Source: Candidatus Cloacimonadales bacterium
GTDB taxonomy: Bacteria > Cloacimonadota > Cloacimonadia > Cloacimonadales > JAFGVF01
NCBI GenBank assembly: GCA_963663475.2
Contig: CAXXJV010000001.1
Location: 448,001 to 512,000 of the forward strand
DNA length: 64,000 nt
Direction of reading: 5' to 3'
The notes beneath the pieces were generated by a model. That model saw only the letters and a program-made list of their open reading frames with translations. It ran no database searches and had not been told where the DNA came from. Positions within the stretch are counted from its first letter, which is position 1; each line of letters starts with the position of its first letter. This document shows positions 59,706-64,000 of this stretch, one piece after another. Both the position numbers and the translations under genes were made by a program.

Positions 59706-59725
59706 TATAATCAAAGGGCCTTGAC

Positions 59726-59885
59726 TTTATCCTAGATAGTGGAGTAGAACTTTAGTAATACTTCGCAAAGCTACGTATCACAGGTGAAGAATACAGATTC
59801 TAGCAAAATAGCTTACAGAGTTTTGAAGTATATAATATATATGACTCAAGTTCAAGTTTGGTGAAAAAAACTTGAACTTGAATCA
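59726..59885 (+). repeat. Left half of the hairpin repeat (with insert) fused to a family-3 hairpin
   Basis: Family sequence to 59842, then TGACTCAAGTTCAAGTTT...AAACTTGAACTTGAATCA; the left arm also occurs at 14840-14856. Confidence 0.75.
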
Positions 59886-59978
59886 AACAAATTAATTGAC
59901 ACTAATTTAACTTTTGATAAAGTATTCCATATCTGACATAAAAGTCAATAATCTTTAGAATATAATAAGAAAATTAGC

Positions 59979-60178
59979 TTAAACCAGATAGTGTAATAGA
60001 GCTTCAGTAATACATCGCTAAAGCTAGATATCACAGGTGAAGAGTGCAGATTATTCTAGCAAAATAGCTTACAGAATTTTGACGCATATAATTTATATAT
60101 TCGGAGAAATTATGGATCTTACTTTTGTAAAAGAATATTCTGCTATTCACAAAGATCTACTCCACTATTTGGGTTAAA
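59979..60178 (+). repeat. Full hairpin repeat copy with ~29-bp insert
   Basis: TTAAACCAGATAGTG...TTTGGGTTAAA; insert at 60008-60036. Confidence 0.88.
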
Positions 60179-60208
60179 GTCAGATAAGGAATTTTTGAAA
60201 GAGGTATT

Positions 60209-61225
60209 ATGTTAGAAAGAGTTAGTAATCCTAATGAGAGTTTTGAAGACAAAGATTTTGATAGGGCTCTCAGACCAAAATCTCTAAGTGATTTTGTAGG
60301 ACAAGACCATATAAAAGAATTATTAGACATTTCCATTAAGGCTGCTAAATTAAGGAAAGAACCTTTAGATCATATCTTACTATACGGTCCTCCAGGACTG
60401 GGTAAGACGACTCTCTCAAATATTATAGCTAATGAACTAGGAGTTGAGATTCGAGTTACCTCAGGACCAGTATTAGATAAACCCTCTGACCTTGCTGGTA
60501 TCTTAACTAACCTGCAAAGAAATGATGCCCTCTTCATCGACGAAATACATAGATTAAATCATGTTGTAGAAGAATATATCTATCCTGCTATGGAAGATTT
60601 CCAAATGGAAATTATCTTAGATTCTGGTCCTTCTGCTCGTTCGCTCCAGATAGATCTAGAACCCTTTACTATGATAGGAGCTACAACTAGAGCAGGACTT
60701 TTAACCGCTCCTCTTCGGGATAGATTTGGCTTAACACTTAGATTAAATTACTATGAGCAAAGCGCTATTGAGCAAATTATAAAACGTTCTGCCTCAATAC
60801 TACAAGTACCTATTGAAGATGACGGAGTTAGTGAATTAGCTCGCAGATCTAGAGGTACTCCTCGTGTGGCAAATAGATTACTTAGACGTGTTAGAGATTA
60901 CGCCCAGATAAAAGGTGATGGAGTAATTACTCATGACATAGCTCTGAGAGCCCTCAAAATGCTAAATGTAGATGAAGAAGGTCTAGATGAAATGGATAAA
61001 AAAATTCTCCTCACTATCATTGAAAATTATAAGGGTGGTCCTGTAGGTATTAAAACTCTTGCTGTAGCAGTAGGAGAAGACCCTGGTACTATTGAAGAAA
61101 TCTTCGAGCCCTATCTTATCCAACAAGGGCTACTTGAAAGAACTATGCAGGGAAGAAAAGCCTCTTTTAAGGCTTATAAACACTTTAAAATTGATACTAA
61201 TGAAGAACAGATGAGTCTTTTTTAA
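60209..61225 (+). CDS. ruvB: Holliday junction branch migration helicase RuvB
   Basis: LRPKSL, GPPGLGKTT, FIDEIHRL, GATTRAG, LRDRFG and SRGTPR. Confidence 0.98.
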   Translation: MLERVSNPNESFEDKDFDRALRPKSLSDFVGQDHIKELLDISIKAAKLRKEPLDHILLYGPPGLGKTTLSNIIANELGVEIRVTSGPVLDKPSDLAGILTNLQRNDALFIDEIHRLNHVVEEYIYPAMEDFQMEIILDSGPSARSLQIDLEPFTMIGATTRAGLLTAPLRDRFGLTLRLNYYEQSAIEQIIKRSASILQVPIEDDGVSELARRSRGTPRVANRLLRRVRDYAQIKGDGVITHDIALRALKMLNVDEEGLDEMDKKILLTIIENYKGGPVGIKTLAVAVGEDPGTIEEIFEPYLIQQGLLERTMQGRKASFKAYKHFKIDTNEEQMSLF

Positions 61226-61383
61226 TTCAATTATTACTCGAAAATCTTAGAATTTACTAGTCACTTGAATGCTATTCAACTAGCTTATATTGTAACTTAA
61301 GCTATTATAAACTAGTCTTTACTTGACATGATTTAACCTGATTAAAATATGAGATAAATAAATATTATTATGGAAAAGAATTA

Positions 61384-62028
61384 ATGCAAATTGATAGAAA
61401 AATTGACCACGTCTTATTTGATTTTGATGGAACACTGGCAAATACACTTCCTTTAGGATTTGAGCTATATAACGAAATTGCAGGACAGTATAATTTTATA
61501 AGTGCTGATGACTCTGAGATACCTCAGTTAATGAATATGTCAATTGCTGAAATTCTTAAGTTGAAAAACATACCTCTTTATATGGTTCCAATAGCTCTCT
61601 ATAATGTTAAAAAGAAGATGAAGGCAAGACTTTCAGAAGTTGAACCTTTTGATGGAATTAAAAAATTTCTTTATAATCTTAAAGATGCTGGTTACCATCT
61701 CTCAATAATCTCTTCCAACTCAAAAGAGAATATGATTAAATTCTTAGATATGAACGATATTAATGTCTTTAATTATATCTATTCTTCTACCTCCTTGTTT
61801 GGTAAAGACAAGTTAATCAAACACTATCTTAAGGCTGTTAAGACTAGTGCCGAGAAAGTTCTTTATGTAGGAGATGAAATAAGAGATATCGAAGCAGCTA
61901 AATCCTCTGGAGTAAAAATAGTCTCTGTTACCTGGGGATATAATGATATTGAACTACTAAAAAAACATGAACCTGATTTTCTAGCTGAAAGCATTAATCA
62001 GCTAGAAGATATTATTCTTTCTAAATAA
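61384..62028 (+). CDS. HAD family hydrolase (phosphoglycolate phosphatase-like)
   Basis: FDFDGTL, SSN, YVGDE-x-RDI and VTWGY. Confidence 0.88.
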   Translation: MQIDRKIDHVLFDFDGTLANTLPLGFELYNEIAGQYNFISADDSEIPQLMNMSIAEILKLKNIPLYMVPIALYNVKKKMKARLSEVEPFDGIKKFLYNLKDAGYHLSIISSNSKENMIKFLDMNDINVFNYIYSSTSLFGKDKLIKHYLKAVKTSAEKVLYVGDEIRDIEAAKSSGVKIVSVTWGYNDIELLKKHEPDFLAESINQLEDIILSK

Positions 62029-62045
62029 AAGGCATAGGGAAAAAA

Positions 62046-63302
62046 ATGAAAATAGCTGTTATAGGTTTTGGAGCTGGAGCTATTGGTTTTTTAGGTGCTC
62101 TCAAAGGTAGTGAACACCAAATAGACGTTTTTGAAAAAGCAAAAGACATTCACTCAAGTTCTGTCTCAGGAATTAGAGCTGATGGTAAAATATTTGTTTC
62201 TGCCGATATGGGAGGAGATTTACAGGTTGATTTAGACCTTCAAAAGAAAGTAGTTGAATACTACCTCTCAAAAGTTTCTTGCTCACCTGATAAAATAGAA
62301 AAAGGTTCATCCTTTACTAATTCTAAGTACTTTGAAAGCTTCTATGCCCAAGGTTTTAATCCTATTCATGCTGAATTCTGGCATATTGGAACTGATGAAC
62401 TAAAAAATGTGGTTACTAATATCTATGAAGAACTAAATTCCTATGATAATATAAACTTCCATTTTAATAGTCAGGTTGATAAAATTAATCTTAATCCAAA
62501 AGCTGAAATCCACTTAAGTAATGGAGATAAGCAGCAATTTGATAAAGTTGTAGTTGGTGTAGGTAGGACTGGTCATAGGCTAGTAAAATCGATAATAAAT
62601 CAACACCCCGACTTAATAATGGAAAATACTAAGGTGGATTTAGGAGTTAGATTTGAGCTACCTAATCATATAGTAGAAAATCTCAACAGAGAAATGTATG
62701 AATTTAAAGTCCAGCTTCGTACTGCTTCTGGCTACTCAGTTAGAACCTTCTGTAACAATCCTTCAGGCTATGTAGTTACTGAAAAATATGAAGACTTCAT
62801 GACTGTTAATGGCCATGCCAAACTAAATGAAAAAAGCTCTAATACTAATTTTGCTATTTTAGTTACCCACTCCTTTACCCAACCCTTTAACGACCCTATA
62901 GGCTATGGCTCATATATTGCCAAACTGTCTAATATCCTAGCTGGCGGAGATAAAGTTATTTTGCAAACCTTCGGAGATTTTGCCAGATCAAAAAGAACAA
63001 AACACTTAGGAAGAGTTAAAGCTACCCTACCTCAAAATGAATATATACTAGGAGACTTAAATTTAGTCTTCCCTGGAAAAACTTGTCAAGCCCTAACAGA
63101 ATTTATAATAAGTCTTGATAAAGTCCTTCCTGGTATTGCCTACAGCGATAACCTCATGTATGGTACTGAATGCAAATTCTATAGCAATAAAGTAGCGAAT
63201 AATCTTAATTCTAATATCTTATTTATGGGAGATTGCTCTGGCTGGACTAGATCTATTACTTATGCTACTGCTCACGGAGCTATGCTAGCCCAAGATATAT
63301 AG
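62046..63302 (+). CDS. NAD(P)/FAD-dependent oxidoreductase
   Basis: IAVIGFGAG Rossmann motif, HIGTD, VDLGVRFE, RTFCNNP and GDCSG. Confidence 0.8.
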   Translation: MKIAVIGFGAGAIGFLGALKGSEHQIDVFEKAKDIHSSSVSGIRADGKIFVSADMGGDLQVDLDLQKKVVEYYLSKVSCSPDKIEKGSSFTNSKYFESFYAQGFNPIHAEFWHIGTDELKNVVTNIYEELNSYDNINFHFNSQVDKINLNPKAEIHLSNGDKQQFDKVVVGVGRTGHRLVKSIINQHPDLIMENTKVDLGVRFELPNHIVENLNREMYEFKVQLRTASGYSVRTFCNNPSGYVVTEKYEDFMTVNGHAKLNEKSSNTNFAILVTHSFTQPFNDPIGYGSYIAKLSNILAGGDKVILQTFGDFARSKRTKHLGRVKATLPQNEYILGDLNLVFPGKTCQALTEFIISLDKVLPGIAYSDNLMYGTECKFYSNKVANNLNSNILFMGDCSGWTRSITYATAHGAMLAQDI

Positions 63303-63409
63303 TCGCATAAAATGTAGTCTAATAGCTTCCACCTGTATTAGTTTTAATTTACTGATATACTCTTCAATCTATGCAAATAGTATCTTCATGATTTTTCATT
63401 CTTAACAAA

Positions 63410-63576
63410 TTATCCCAGAGTATAGTTGAACTTTCTTGAAGATTGCAGATTATTCTAGCAAAATAAGTTACAGAATTTGAGTGCATATAATATATATATT
63501 CCTGAAAATTATGGATCTTACTTTTGCAGAAGAATATAGTGCTATTCACAAAGGTCTACTCAATTATTTGGAATTA
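63410..63576 (+). repeat. Dispersed ~170-bp hairpin repeat
   Basis: GCAGATTATTCTAGCAAAATAAGTTACAGAATTT...GCTATTCACAAAGGTCTACT. Confidence 0.85.
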
Positions 63577-63685
63577 TCTACTCAGGCTAGTTTACTAATT
63601 ATCTTAATTCAAAATAAATAAGATATTCATAGCCATTTCCAAGAAATTACTTATATTAATAAAAAAACATCGAATAGGAAGATTC

Positions 63686-64000
63686 ATGAGAATAGAAAAA
63701 GATTTATTAGGTGATTTAGAAATAAAGAAAGAAAAGTTATATGGTATAAATACAGCAAGAGCTCTAGATAATTTTAAAATATCATCTTTAAAGATGCCTT
63801 CCCTCTTTATCAAGTCTTTAGCCCAAGTAAAATTAGCTTGTGCTAGAACTAATTTCCAGCTTGAATATCTTGATGATGAGAAGTATGAAGCAATCTTTTT
63901 TGCCTTGAATGAAATTATAACAGGTAAACATGATAATGAATTCCCTACAGATGCTTTGCAAGGTGGAGCAGGAACCTCTACAAATATGAATATGAACGAA
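63686..64000 (+). CDS. aspA: Aspartate ammonia-lyase / class II fumarase family, 5' part (runs off the window)
   Basis: Hand translation: MRIEKDLLG...YGINTARALDNF...QGGAGTSTNMNMNE. Confidence 0.85.
   Translation, partial: MRIEKDLLGDLEIKKEKLYGINTARALDNFKISSLKMPSLFIKSLAQVKLACARTNFQLEYLDDEKYEAIFFALNEIITGKHDNEFPTDALQGGAGTSTNMNMNE

Noticed and set aside
63604-63813. 69-aa minus-strand ORF
   Set aside because: Antisense to the clearly recognisable aspA-like gene starting at 63686.

Overview
AT-rich bacterial chromosomal window, probably from an anaerobic FCB-group organism. Candidatus Cloacimonadota is inferred from several secreted proteins ending in a 'NYPNPFNP...FlgD/T9SS-like' C-terminal domain. 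Most of the window is housekeeping and transport: pgeF, recG, purC, mazG, nnr, nadC, pabABC, an RND pump, a YtrA-ABC module, buk, alaS, ruvB and a partial aspA. It also carries tRNA-Val(GAC), RNase P RNA, a cobalamin riboswitch ahead of a B12-uptake operon, and a complete class C group II intron. Six things are not explained by the ORF track. (1) Two adjacent ORFs (32812-30578, minus strand) are joined by an in-frame TGA in a C-E-S-U motif followed by a SECIS-like hairpin, giving a probable unannotated ~744-aa secreted selenoprotein. (2) A 28-codon leader ORF with a QPP motif and an anti-SD hairpin precedes an ornithine/lysine decarboxylase. (3) A globin-like plus CarH-type B12-binding protein is coupled to a soluble histidine kinase, divergent from the B12 riboswitch. 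(4) A ~170-bp rod-hairpin dispersed repeat occurs in about 14 full or partial copies, all in the same orientation. (5) A frameshifted secreted protein has 195-bp tandem repeats behind a sigma-54 promoter. (6) There is an atypical short Rho. All calls come from reading the sequence by eye; no database searches were run.
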